NCBI RefSeq assembly: GCF_009914755.1
Contig: NC_060929.1
Source of the DNA: the human T2T-CHM13v2.0 reference genome, Homo sapiens
Length of the DNA stretch: 64,000 nt
Reading direction: 5' to 3' (one strand)
Under the pieces are notes generated by a model. The model made no database searches. It was not told where the DNA came from and was given only the letters and a program-made list of their open reading frames with translations. The position numbers were made by a program, and so were the translations under genes. Each line of letters begins with the position of its first letter. Positions within the stretch are counted from its first letter, which is position 1. This document shows, one piece after another, positions 30,100-43,404 of the stretch.

Positions 30100-30450
30100 C
30101 TCTCACACTCACACACACACACATACGCACACTCACCCACCACTCTCACACATGTGCACACACACTCTTGGACATGTATACACTCCCACACACTAATGCA
30201 CACTCACACACACATTCATACAACACTCGCACACTCTCAGATTCACACACAAAATCTCTCTTGTACTCTCTCACACACATACAACTCATGCTCTCACACA
30301 CATGAACACACTTGAACAAGTCACACACCCATGCATACACAAACTCTCACACTCACACATGCACAAATGGGTGCAGATGCGCACACATACACCCACATGC
30401 ACATATTGGTGCAACACACACACACTCTCACGCTCACACACACACACCCT
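30100..30450. repeat. Degenerate (CA)n/(CACT)n simple repeat
   Basis: About 350 bp of interrupted CA repeats. Confidence 0.9.
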
Positions 30451-31349
30451 TTCTCTGATGCAGAGTTCTACCATCTAACCATGACAGTTTATTCCTGGGG
30501 ACCTCAGACTTGTGGTTCCCTGTCAAAATGCCTGAGAGTTTTCTGATTTTAGCACTTTAAAGTCTCACATCCTAGGAACGCATCCTTTACCTGCAAAGCC
30601 CTGGGCAAATGAGGATGCTGGTCACCTCAAAATGCACCCTTCCAGGGAGAGGTCTGCTGTGCTTTACCAGCCACTAGCACCCTGTGAATGAGGCTGTCGC
30701 ATGCTCTTCTGTGAGAGGCACTCAGGGACTCCTGTAGGTCCTGTGGTTTCTGCGCCAACAGGCTGGCACATCCAGATAAGCACACACTCTGGCAGCAGGC
30801 ATCTACCACCTGGGGAGATGGAGTAGTCCCTTGGGGCCCAGGCCCCACTCTACAGGGTGGAGTTTAACTGGCTGAGGTGGGGCCTGGCCACGTGCATGTG
30901 TCTCTGGCTTCTGAGGTGATTGCAATGTGCAGCTGGGGTTGAGATTCACTGGATCCAGGCAAAGAGGACATCAGCCAGGTCTTCCCTGCTGCCTTCCTTA
31001 CCCCTCACCAAGGAAAGTGGGGCTTCTGTGTAGCCAGCACAGGGCGGAGTTGCTGCTGGTCATAGACACTGAATCTCCTCCATCCTGTGCTTTAAAATTG
31101 ATGTTTTATCATATAAAGCAATGCACAGTTCTGTGCATTAACTGAACCTAAGTCCAGTTTACCAATAAAGAATTTCTGATTATGCCACTGAGGAAAATTT
31201 AATCCCAATCTTATTTGCAACCAAAAAGGGCTTTCCAACCAGTGGTTTGACTATGGCTCACTACCTACAATGGCAGGAATCCCCACGAAAAGGCAATTCT
31301 CTGACTGAGCCAGCATTGCCGTGGCTGCTCTCTGAGAAGGGGTGGAGGA

Positions 31350-31560
31350 AGCAGTAAGGGCTTTGGAATCCACTGAAGTTGAGTTTGTATCCTTTCTCTC
31401 CACCTATCAACTATTAATGTTTAGCTCTGGGTAATTTACTTACCTATTCTGAGCCTGTTTCCTCCTCTATAAAAAGTGCAAAACAACACTTACCTCAAAA
31501 TGTTCTTGCTAGCATATCCATAACTAGCACAGGTCCTGGCATAACATAGGCAGTGGGCAA
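31350..31560 (+). mobile_element. MIR
   Basis: GGCTTTGGAATC..CTCTGGGTAATTTACTT..CTGAGCCTGTTTCCTC..AGCACAGGTCCTGGCA. Confidence 0.6.
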
Positions 31561-31659
31561 ATGACAAATGACAGCTATGGAATAAAAAACAATAAATGGG
31601 GATGCTGTTTTATTCTTCATGTTGTACCAGAGGGTTCCCATCAAATCCAAAAGGTGTTC

Positions 31660-31960
31660 TTTTCTCAACTTCTAGAGGCTTCCTACATTCCTTGACTCAC
31701 CATCTCCCTTCATCTTCAAAGCCAGCAGCTTAGCATCTTCAAATCTTTCTCTGACCCTAACTCTCCTGCCTCCATCTTCCACTTATCAAGAGCCTTGTGA
31801 TTACATAGGGCCCATCCAGCTAATCCAGGATAATCTCCTCATCTCAAGATCTATAACTTAATTACATCTGCAAAGTCCTTCTTGCCTTGTGAGGTAACTT
31901 ATTCACAGGTTATGGGCATTAGGAAGTGGACATTTGGGGAAGGCCATTATTCTGTGTAGA
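31660..31960 (-). mobile_element. MLT1 LTR fragment
   Basis: CTTCTAGAGGCT..CATTCCTTG..TAATCCAGGATAATCTCC..ACATCTGCAAAGTCC..TATTCACAGGTT. Confidence 0.8.
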
Positions 31961-33419
31961 GTGCTTTGTTGATTTCAAATTTGTTATCTTCCAAAAGATT
32001 TTCTCCAACCTATGACACCTACTTCCACTTGCCTGGTAGCAAATGTTGGTGGAAGGCAAAAAAGAAGAAAGAAGAGGGCTGGCAAGATGGCCAAATAGGA
32101 ACAGGTCTGGTCTGCAGTTTCCAGTGACATCAACGCAGGAGGCGGGTGATTTCTGCATTTCCAATTGAGGTACCTGGCTCATCTCATTGGCACTGGTTAG
32201 ACAGTGAATGGATGCAGCTCACAGAGGGTGAGCAGAAGCAGGGTGGGCTGTCGCCTCACCCGGGAAGCACAGGGGGTCGGGGAACTCCCTCCCCTAGCCA
32301 AGGGAAGCCGTGAGGGACTGTGCCGTGAGGGATGGTGCATTCTGGCCCAGATACTACGCTTTTCCCATGGTCTTCACAACCCACAGGCCAGGAAATTCCC
32401 TCGGGTGCCTACACCACTAGGGCCCTGGGTTTCAAGCACAGAACAGGGCAGCCATTTGGGCAGACACTGGGCTAGCTGCAGGAGTTTTTTTTTTCATACC
32501 CCAGTGGCACCTGGAATGCCAGTGAGACAGAAACGTTAACCCCCTGAAAAGGGGGCTGAAGCCAGGAAAGCCAAGTGGTCTAGCTCACTGGATCCCACCC
32601 CCATGGAGCACAGCAAGCTAAGATCCACTGGTTTGAAATTCTCCCTGCCAGCACAGCAGTCTGAAGTCGACCTGGGATGCTGGAGCTTGGTGGGAGGAGG
32701 GGCGTCCACCATTACTGAGGCTTGAGTAGGTGGTTTTCCCCTCACAGTGTAAACAAACCCGCCGGGAAGTTTGAACTGGGTGGAGCCCAGGAGCTTGGCA
32801 AAGCTGCTGTAGCCAGACTGCCTCTCTAGATTCCTCCTCTCTGGGCAGGGCATCTCTGAAAGAAAGACAGTAGACCCAGTCAGGGGCTTATAAATCAAAC
32901 TCCCATCTCCCTGGGACAGAGCACCTGGGGTAAGGGGGCAGCTGTGGGTGCACCTTCAGCAGACTTAAACGTTCCTGCCTGCCAGCTCTGAAGAGAGCAG
33001 CAGATCTCCCAGCACAGTACTTGAGCTCTGCTAAGGGACAGACTGCCTCCTCAAGTGGGTCCCTGACCCCTGTGCCTCCTGACTGGGAGATACCTCCCAG
33101 CAGGGGTCGACAGACATTTCATAAAGGAGAGCTCCAACTGGCATCTGGCAGGTGCCCCTCTGGGATGAAGCTTCCAGAGGAAGGAACAGGCAGCAGTCTT
33201 TGCTGTTCTGCAGCCTCCATGGGTGATACCCAGGCAAACAGAGTCTGGAGTGGACCTCCAGCAAACTCTAGCAGACCTGCAGCAGAGAGGCCTGACTATT
33301 AGAAGGAAAACTAACAAACAGAAAGGAATAGCATCAACATCAACAAAAAGGTTGTCCACACAAAAACCCCATCCGAAGCTTACCAACATCAAAGACCAAA
33401 GGTAGATAAATCCACGAAG

Positions 33420-34439
33420 ATAAGGAAAAACCACCACAAAAAAAGCTGAAAATTGCAAAACCCAGAATGCCTCTTCTCCTCCAAAGGATCACAACTCCTT
33501 GCCAGCAAGGGAACAAAACTGGATGGAGAATGAGTTTGACAAATTGACAGAAGTAGACTTCAGAAGGTGGGTAATAACAAACTCCTATGAGCTAGAGGAG
33601 CATGTTCTAACCCAATGCAAGGAAGCTAAGAAACTTGAAAAAGGTTAGAGGAATTGTTAACTAGAATAACCAGTTTAGAGAAGAACATAGATGAACTGAT
33701 GGAGCTGAAAAACACAGCATGAGAACTTCCTGAAGCATACACAAGTATGAATAGCCAAATCGATCAAGCAGAAGAAAGGATATCAGAGATTGAAGATCAA
33801 CTTAATGAAATAAAGCATGAAGACAAGATTAGAGAAAAAAGAATGAAAAGGAATGAACAAAGCCTCCAAGAAATATGGGACTATGTGGAAAGACCAAACC
33901 TATGTTTGATTAGTGTACCTGAAAGTGATGGGGAGAATGGAACCAACTAGGAAAGCACTCTTCAGGATATCATCCAGGAGAACTTCCCCAGCCTAGCAAG
34001 ACAGGCCAATATTCAAATTCAGGAAATAAAGAGAACACCACAAAGATACTCCTCGAGAAGAGTAATCCCAAGACACATAATTGTCAGATTCACCAAGGTT
34101 GAAATGAAGGAAAAAGAGCAGCCAGAGAGAAAGGTTGGGTTACTCACAAAGGGAAGCCCATCAGACTAACAGCAGATCTCTTGGCAGAAACCCTACAAGC
34201 CAGAAGAAAGTGGGGGGCCAATATTCAACATTCCTAAAGAAAGTAATTTTCAACCCAGAATTTCATATCCAGCCAAACTAAGCTTCAAAAACAAAGGAGA
34301 AATAAAATCCTTCACAGACAAGCAAATGCTGAGAGATTTTGTCACCACCAGGCCTGCCTTACAAGATCTCCTGAAGGAAGCACTAAATATGGAAAGGAAA
34401 AACCTGCACCAGCCACTACAAAAAGATGCCAAATTGTAA
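33420..34439 (+). pseudogene. L1 ORF1p remnant
   Basis: EERISEIEDQLNEIK...EQSLQEIWDYVERPNL. Start codon mutated (AGATAAGG), internal stops and frameshifts. Confidence 0.9.
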
Positions 34440-34502
34440 AGACCATCTACACCATGAAGAAATTGCATCAACCAATGGGCAAAATAACCAGCTAGCATCA
34501 TA

Positions 34503-37500
34503 ATGATGGATCAAATTCACACATAAAAATATTAACCTGAAATGTAAATGGGCTAAATGCCCCAATTAAAAGACACTGGTTGGCAAATTGGATAAAGAGT
34601 CAAGACCCATTGGTGTGCTGTATTCAAGAGACCCATCTCATGTGCAAAGACACACATAGGTTCAAAATAAAGGGATGGAAGAATATTTACCAAGCAAATG
34701 GAAAGCAAAAAAAGCAGAGGTTGCAATCCTAGTCTCTGATAAAACAGACTTTAAACCAACAAAGATAAAAAAAATACAAAGAAAGACATTACATAATGGT
34801 CAGGGATCAATGCAACAAGAAGAGCTAACTATCCTAAATATATATGCACCCAATACAGGAGCACCCAGATTCATAAAGCAAGTTCTTAGAGACCTCCAAA
34901 GAGACTTAGACTCCCACACAATAATAGTGGGAGATTTTAACACCCCACTGTCAATATTAGACAAATCAACAAGACAGAAAATTAACAAGGATATTCAGGA
35001 CTAGAACTCAGCTCTGGACCAAGTGGACCTAATAGACATCTATAGAACTCTCCACCTCAAATCAACAGAATATACATTCTTCTTGGCACCACATCACACT
35101 TATTATAAAACTGACCACATAATTGGAAGTAAAACACTCCTCAGCAAAAGAACAGAAATCATAACAAACAGTCTATCAGACCACCGTGCAATCAAATTAG
35201 AACTCAGGATTAAGAAACCCACTCAAAACTGCACAACTACATGGAAACTGAACAACCTGCTCCTGAATGACTACTGGGTAAATAACGAAAGAAGGCAGAA
35301 ATAAATAAGTTCTTTGAAACCAATGAGAACAAAGACACAATGTGTGAGAATCTCTGGGACACAGCTAAAGCAGTGTTTAGAGGAAAATTTATAGCACTAA
35401 ATGCCCACAGGAGAAAGCAGGAAAGATCTAAAATCGACACCCTAACATCCCAATGAAAAGAACTAGAGAAGCAAGAGCAAACTAATTCAAAAGCTAGCAG
35501 AAGACAAGAAATAACTAAGATCAGAGCAGAAGTGAAGGAGACAGAGACACGAAAAACCCTTCAAAAATTCAATGAATCCAGGAGCTGTTTTTTTGAAAAG
35601 ATTAACAAAATAGATAGACTGCCAGCCAGACTGATAAAGAAGAAAACAGAGAAAAATCAAGTAGACACAATAAAAAATGATAAAGGGGATATCACCACTG
35701 ATCCCACAGATATACAAACTATAATCAGAGACTACTATAAACATCTCTATGCAAATAAACTAGAAAATCTAGAAGAAATGGATAAATTCCTGGACACACA
35801 CACCCTCCCAAGACTAAACCAGGAAGAAGTCAAATCCCTGAATAGACCAATAACAAGTTCTGAAATTGAGGCAGTAATTAATAGCCTACCAACCAAAAAA
35901 AGCTCAGGACCAGATGGATTCATGGCCGAATTCTACCACAGGTACAAAGACAAGCTGGTACCATTCCTTCTGAAACTATTCCAAACAATAGAAAAAGAGG
36001 GACTCCTCCCTAACTCATTTTATGAGGCCAGCATCATCCTGATACCAAAACCTGGCAGAGACACAACAAAAAAAGAAAAATTCAGGCCAATATCCCTCAT
36101 GAACATCGATGCAAAAATCCTCAATAAAATACTGGCAAACTGAATCCAGCAACATATCTAAAAGCATATCCACCACCATCAAGTCAGCTTCATCCCTGGG
36201 ATGCAAAGCTGGTTCAACATATATAAATCAATACACATAATCCATCACATAAGCAGAACCAATGACAAAAACCACATGATTATCTCAATACATGCAGAAA
36301 AGGCCTTCAACAAAATTAAACACCCCTCCAAGCTAAAAACTCTCAATAAACTAGGTATTGATGGAACATATCTCTAAATAATAAGAGCTACTTATGACAA
36401 ACCCACGGCCAATATCATACTGAATGGGCAAAAGCTGGAAGCATTCCCTTTGAAAACCAGCACAAGACAAGAATGCCCTCTCTCACTACTCCTATTCAAC
36501 ATAGCATTGGAAGTTCTGGCCAGGGCAATCAGGCAAGAGAGAGAAATAAAGGGTATTGAGATACGAAGAGAGGAAGTCAAATTGTCTCTGTTTGCAGATG
36601 ACATGATTGTATATTTAGAAAACCCCATCGTCTCAGCCCAAAATCTCCCAAAGCTGATAAGCAACCTCTGCAAATTCTCAGGATACAAAATCAATGTGCA
36701 AAAATCACAAGCATTCCTATATTCCAGTAATAGACAGAGAGCCAAATCATGAGTGAACTCCCATTCACAATTGCTACAAAGAGAATAAAATACCTAGGAA
36801 TACAACTTATAATGGATGTGAAGGATCTCTTCAAGGAGAACTACAAAACACTGCTCAAAAAAATAAGACAGGACAGAAACAAATGGAAAAACATTCCATG
36901 CTCATGGATAGGAAGAATCAATATTGTAAAAATGGCCATACTGCCCAAAGTAATTTATAGATTAAATGTTATCCCCATCAAGCTACCATTGACTTTCTTC
37001 ACAGAATTAGAAAAAACTACTTTAAATTTCATACGGAACCAAAAGAGCCTATATAGCCAAGACAATCCTAAGCAAAAAGAACAAAGCTGGAGGTATCACG
37101 TTACCTGACTTCAAACTGTACTACAAGGCTACAGTAACCAAAACAGCATGGTACTGGTACCAAAATAGATATATAGACCAATGGAACAGAAGAGAGGCCT
37201 CAGACATAATGCCACACATTTACAACCATCTGATCTTTGACAAACCTGACAAAAACAAGCAGTGGGGAAAAGATTCCCTATTTAATAAATGGTATTGGGA
37301 AAACTGGCTAACCATATGCAGAAAACTGAAATTGGACCCCTTCCTTATACCTTATGCAAAAATTAACTCAAGATGGATTAAAGACTTAAATGTAAAACCC
37401 AAAACCATAAAAACCCTAGAAGAAAACCTAGGTAATACCATTCAGGACATAGGCATGGGCAAAGACTTCATGACTAAAACTCTGAAAGCAATTGCAACAA

Positions 37501-38315
37501 AAGACAAAATTGACAAATGGGATCTAATTAAACTAAAGAGCTTCTGCACAGCAAAAGAAACTACCATCAGAGTGAACAGGCAATCTACAGAATGGGAGAA
37601 AATTTTTACAATCTATCCATCTGACAAAGGGCTAGTATCCAGAATCTACAGGGAACTTAAGCAAATTTACAAGAAAAAAATAAACAACCCCATCAAAAAG
37701 TGGGTGAAGGATATAAACAGACACTTCTCAAGACATTTATGTGGCCAACAAACATATGAAAAAAAAAAAAGCTCATCATCACTGGTCATTAGAGAAATGC
37801 AAATCAAAACCACAGTGAGATACCATCTCACCCCAGTTAGAATGGCGATCATTAAAAAGTCAGGAAACAACAGATGCTGGAGAGAATGTGGAGAAATAGG
37901 AATGCTTTTACACTGTTGGTGGGAGCATAAATTAGTTCAACCATTGTGGAAGACAGTGTGGTGATTCCTCAAGGATCTAGAACCAGAAATACCATTTGAC
38001 TCAGCAATCCCATTACTGGCTGTATACCCAAGGGATCATAAGTCATTCTAATACAAAGACACATACACAGGTATGTTTATTGCAGCACTGTCTACAATAG
38101 CAAAGACTTGGAACCAACCCAAATGCACATCAATGATAGACTGGATAAAGAAAATGTGGCACATATACACCATGGAATACTATGCAGCCATAAAAAAGGA
38201 TGAGTTCATGTCCTGTGCAGGGACATGGATGAAGCTGGAAACCATTATTCTCAGCAAACTAACACAGGAACAGAAAACCAAACACCGCATGTTCCCACTC
38301 ATAAGCGGGAGCTGA
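34503..38315 (+). pseudogene. L1 ORF2p (endonuclease/reverse transcriptase) remnant
   Basis: EN motifs NIYAPNTG, VGDFNTPL and SDH; RT motifs [14 protein letters not shown] and LFADDM; C-terminal cysteine-rich region. Broken into at least 7 ORFs. Confidence 0.93.
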
Positions 38316-38510
38316 ACAATGAGAACACATGGACACAGGGAGGGGAACATCACACACCGGGGCCTGCTGAGGGGTGTGGGCTAGGGGAGGGATAACATTA
38401 GGAGAAATATTTAATGTAGATGACGAGTTGATGGGTGCAGCAAACCACCATGCCACTTGTATACCTATGTAACAAACCTGCACGTTCTCCACGTTTCCCG
38501 GAACTTAAAG

Positions 38511-38512
<2 letters not shown>

Positions 38513-38546
<34 letters not shown>

Positions 38547-38648
38547 GAAGAAGAAGAAGAAGAAGAAGAAGGAAGAAGAAGGAGAAGAAGAACAAGAACA
38601 AGAAGAAGAAAGAAAGAAAGAAGGAGGAGGAGGAGGAGGAGGAGGAGA
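38513..38648. repeat. Compound microsatellite (TAA)11-(GAA)n-(GAAA)n-(GGA)n
   Basis: Read directly from the sequence. It occupies the L1 poly(A) tail and TSD position. Confidence 0.95.
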
Positions 38649-41129
38649 TTATTGAACAAATTGGCATCGCCAGAACATTCAGAAACTGCCAGTCTGCCAA
38701 TCGGGGAAGTCAGTAATTTCCTTTGTGCTTGTAATTGTGTGTGAACCTGTTTGCTTGTGGTTGTGATTTTACAGTAGATGACATAACAGGGTCATAGTTT
38801 TTGCTTGTAAAATTGTTCCTAGCACATTTGAGGGGACTAATTGGTTACACGGTGCCCTGTAGAGATGACTGTGACTTTGCAGGTACTTGATCTCTGACTA
38901 GTCTGAGGATCACCCCTGGGGGCTGCCAGGCTTGAAACTTTACAAGATTCCCCTTCGCCTGAGAGGGGGACCATTGGCCACCTGAGCAGAGAAGAAAAGA
39001 CTTGAATATGCAGCAAGCTCAGCGTATGTGACTTTTGAATGTTCTTGAAATGAGTCAAGAACTCAAATCTGGAGTTTGAACAGGAAACTGGAACACAGTG
39101 GGAGGTCTGCGAGGGTGGAGGATGGGCGTGCTTCCAGGATTTCAAAACACAAAACAGGTGGTTTTCAGTGGTGTTGGCTGGCTGGGGGAAAGATGGAGAG
39201 GGGAGGGGTGAATAGAAAGTAGGCAGGCTTCTGGGTGGATGGGGCCCAGCACCCACAGCCTAGGCTGGCTGCCTGAGAGTAGCGAGTGACAGGTAAGGGC
39301 TCTGAACCTTCCTGCGTGCTACCCAAGGAGTGCCTAGGGCTACCAGGAGGCCCAGGGAGGAACCTTGAGACCTGAGAAAGGCTTTTCTTCCCCGAGAGGA
39401 CCACTGCTCAGGCTCAGAGGCCATGGGGTGAAGTGCACAAAAAAGTGGGCGTCCAGCCATGCTCTAAGTCCCCCGAAGATGAAGACCAGGGAGCAGCTTC
39501 CTCCAATGAAGCAGCAGCAATCAGAGGACCAGGAGGCTGAAGCCCTGAGCCCAGCCAGAGGCAGGATCAGCCAAGTCTGGGACAGGCTTCAATTATTTTA
39601 GGGTAAGAAATCTGTGCTTTGTAAATAGCCAGATGTCTTTGCTTTGGTATATTTTAATTTTTTGTTTGTTTTACTTTTTGTTGTTGTTGGTGTTGTTGGT
39701 TTAGAAAAACTCGAAGTAAGAAAAGGGTAATGGGATCCTTGTTCATGTCTGGGAAGTCCCAGTGAGAGAGTCAAGGAATCCTCCAGCTACTGAGGCCCCT
39801 GGTGAAGTGAATCATGGAAATGTGACAAATCACAACCCCAGAAGAGGCTGCTCTGGAGCCCCCTGGGGAGTCTTTAATGAACTCTTTAACATATTGCATG
39901 AACGAAGAAAACGGTGATTTTAGTGACATTTTAGGTATTAGGGACAGAAAGGGAAGCATCTTCCCGGCAGACATAAAAATGGACAATTTAGACATGCCCC
40001 ATCCTGTTCATACAGGAGGATGGACAAAAATACTTTCTAAGCAGCTGGGACATAATGCGAAATGCCTCTTGGCTCACCCAAGGGTCTTGGCTGCCCAATT
40101 TCCCTTTACCCTCTCTAGCCCTTATGCAAAGAACAAAATAAATAGAAGTCTATAGTCTTCAGTCTTTGCAAACAGACCTGCCTGACATCAATTAGCACTA
40201 ACCTCTGGCAAGTGGCAATCCTCAAAAAAAGCTCCAGGATGTTTTCAACATGAGGATTTTAATGTGTTCTCTAAATGAGGATTCTAATGACCATTTCCCT
40301 GACGAAGCAACCAGGCTTGAGATAGTATATGGTGACACTCGTTAAGTGATTCCCTGTGAGTGAGGGATAAACCTGTGAATGGAATAAGGTCCACGGGCCC
40401 CCATTCCCTGCCTATTCCATTAGCCATTGGAAATCTCCAGTCAGCCACGGCTGCAAATGGGTGTCCTGGGGCTGGCAATTGACTGATAAGTCCCAGAGCC
40501 CTCATTCCAACCTATTGTTCAGAAAACATCCCCACTGTTCATATTTCAGGAGGGCGGGGGAGTGGCAGCAGAGAGAAGCGGCAGGTAATTTATTCAGGAG
40601 CTGGAAGCTGAGAAACGGATTTGGTAAGCAAATACTTCAAAGCTCACTAGAGAACTCCCATAAAACATAGACCTTCTGCAGCAACCAGGGAGTGATTTAA
40701 ATCCAGTTGGAATTTCTAGGGATAAGGAGTAAGACTTATCAACTCAGTTCAGAGCCTCATGAATAATTTCACCTGACACGGGACACTGAACCAGCAGAAA
40801 TCTGGGATGTCCAAAGAAAAATAGATTTCAAACTAATCTTTGTTCCTCAAGTTTTATTCCTAAGTGGGGAACCGGGGTGGGAGAGGGGAGCCCAGACAGG
40901 AAGCTCGCCATTTTTAGACACGTTATATTTTGTCCTTGTGTGAGAAATGTTGGATGGGAAACACATTTTCTGGCAGCTGAAACCTCGCTGGCTGGGCTGG
41001 CTAAGGGAAAGGCCACGAACCCACGTACTACCAGGATGTGGAAGTCATTTGTAACTCCCTCTAGGCTAGTACAGGCAGTGAAAGGGGGAACTTAAAATGA
41101 AATAAACACCTAAGCCCGGAGCTGCAAAG

Positions 41130-41940
41130 CTGGGACTACGTTACTCGTGGTGCCTTAAACCCCAAGCTTTATCCGCCCCATCTCCCACCACCTCACTGCA
41201 GACACCCTGCCCTCCGTCCGTGCATAACCACGTTCTCGTTCACGAAGCGGCCAGCCTCGCGGCGCTGGGGAGAAGGCTTCCTCCTTGTCCGCACTTCTGG
41301 GTCAACAGCCTTAGATGGGGCGGGGGGGGGGGTGCGGAGCTGCCGAAACCTTCTCGAAGATCCCAGGGAGTCTCTGTCCCGCAGAATCAGCACCATCCTC
41401 CTCGGAGCGCAGCTTTTCCTCCCTGCCCAAGTGCGGTGCACCCGCGCACCACCCAAGCGCCCAGCATCGAGGGCGCGGCGGCGGCGGCCAGGGCGGCCAG
41501 GGCCCTTGAGCACCCGCGCGGTTTTCCCCCTATGGCCGCAGGGGGGCAGGAGAGAGGAGCTGTGGCGCAGAGCACGCGGAGAGGGACCTGGAGCGCGGGA
41601 GCCAGGACGGCGCAGGCAGCTGGGGAGGCCGCGGGGCTGCCCAGCGAGTGGAGTGCCCAAGAATTGGCCGGGGTGGAAAGGTCCGCGGGAGACGATCCCC
41701 GACCTCCGGGAACAGGCCTGCGGTCGGCCGCCTTGGCACCCAGGCTCTGCCGCCCCCGGAGACTCGGATCGAGCGCTGGAAGTGGCCGCAAGGGACGCGA
41801 GGGAGAGCAGAGCTGTGAATCAGCCGGAAAGTCACTCCAACTCCAGGGAATTCCGCTCCGGGAAGAAAGGTGGCGAGCTTCTCCCTGCGTTCCCCTCCAC
41901 CCCCAGCCTCCGAACGCACCTTCCCTGCGCTGGCGACCAG
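41130..41940. promoter_or_regulatory. Orphan CpG island
   Basis: Dense CpG and very high GC, (GGC)n run, no recognisable coding exon. Confidence 0.88.
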
Positions 41941-42247
41941 CTGTCACCCCCATTTTGCAGCTACTGAGACTTGAGATGTTGGGAGCCTAAAGGACATCAT
42001 TTAGAACATAAAGTAATTATGGTGATTCTGAGCTCTGTGGCCAGAAAGTTTAACTTCAGGAGATATATATATATATATAAAATTGAATGGCCACCTTTTC
42101 TTTTTCTATTTTCTCCATGTCAGATCTTTCATCTCTTAGTAGAGACTTCTACACCTTTCTGTTATTCCACCCGAAGAAGTTATGGTCACCTGGTTCTCTT
42201 TCCTTCACCAAATCGTCTCCATTTTTCTTCTCCCTGCTTCCAAATTT

Positions 42248-42250
<3 letters not shown>

Positions 42251-42297
<47 letters not shown>

Positions 42298-42590
42298 TCC
42301 CACCACCCCCGCCCAGCCCAGAGATAGGTTCTCACTTTGTCACCCAGGCTGGCGATCTCAGCTCACCCCAGCCTCGACCTCCTTGGTTTAAGTGATCCTC
42401 CTGCCTCAGCCTCCAGAATAGCTGGGACTACAAGCGTGCACCACCACACCCAGCTAATTTTTGTATTTTTAGTAGAGACGGGTTTTCGCCATGTTGTCCA
42501 GGCTAGTCTCAAACTCCTAGGCTCAAGCCATCTGCCTGCCTAGGCCTCCCAAAGTGCTGGGACTACAGGCGTGAGGTACTATGCCTGGCC
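42251..42590 (-). mobile_element. Alu (AluJ-like) with its tail replaced by (TC)n
   Basis: Diverged dimer, (TC)~19 at 42251-42289, TSD CAAATTTAATTCT on both sides. Confidence 0.9.
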
Positions 42591-43404
42591 CAAATTTAAT
42601 TCTTAACTCATTTGAACCAAAACTAGCCAAAAGTTCCAGAGGGCTCCAACCCAAATGAAAATGGCCCAGGAAAAGGAGGAGGGGAAAGAAATACACCTAC
42701 CAAAGATCAAATAATATCTTGTGGGTCCTTACCAAGAGTAGACATGAAATTGTCTCATCAGATAGTCTCCAGTCTTTTGAAAAATCTTTGCTCCAAAATG
42801 ACTTGCATTGATTTTTTCACTGATGATATTTATTTGGAAACTTCACATAACTTACAAATCATGTAAAATTTTTGCATTCATTAAATCTAGACCTGGGTTC
42901 AAAAGGATTGTGAAACTGCAGTGCTGACGTTAATAAACCATCAAGTTAGAAAAAATGAAAAGCATTAAGAGGGAGCAACACTAAAGCAAAGGCTTGTGGG
43001 ATTTATAGAGTCATCCCCAAAACAAAGTCTTTGTCTTCCTCTTTCTTTCCTCATCCTATTAGTCAACTGAGGACAGCACTTGGACCATCCCTGGCCTGGT
43101 CCTTATCTGGTGCTTTGAGATGGGAGAGGAGGCTCCAGGTTATAGTTCTGTTGCACCACCTTCCAAGAATGAAGCTGGTCAAACTGGACAGAACACGATG
43201 GTGTAAGTGTGACAGTACAGAAAGTTGGGACAGTGCTGCGCCTTCTGGAAATGGTAGCCCAGCTGCTCAGGTGTGGGCATGTGCTTTGCTCCTTTATGAT
43301 AGGAAGCCTGCCTTCCAGTTCCTCAGCATCTGCTTTTCTAGCTGGGTAGTGGCCCAGGCCCCTGAGTTTCCACTTTCTTTTTTTGCTGGCTTTTTTTGTT
43401 GTCA

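Larger units (their letters stand above)
32076..38545 (+). mobile_element. Full-length (~6.45 kb) LINE-1, L1PA7/8-like, retrotransposition-defective
   Basis: 5' UTR with YY1 motif CAAGATGGCC, ORF1 and ORF2 remnants, 3' UTR ending GAACTTAAAGTATAATAA. The upstream target AAAAAGAAGAAAGAAG is echoed in the tail. Confidence 0.95.

Noticed and set aside
29768-30546. His/Thr-rich and Cys/Val-rich ORFs
   Set aside because: Translation of the degenerate CA repeat.
33420-38315. Active L1 or a novel reverse-transcriptase system
   Set aside because: Ordinary old L1PA element with ORF1 and ORF2 broken by many stops and frameshifts.
38398-38744. Poly-N/E/R and poly-L/Y/S ORFs
   Set aside because: Translation of the compound microsatellite.
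41193-41990. Overlapping long ORFs (up to 256 aa) on both strands
   Set aside because: Arg/Pro/Gly/Ala-rich, open in most frames and without a recognisable domain; expected from stop-codon scarcity in a CpG island.
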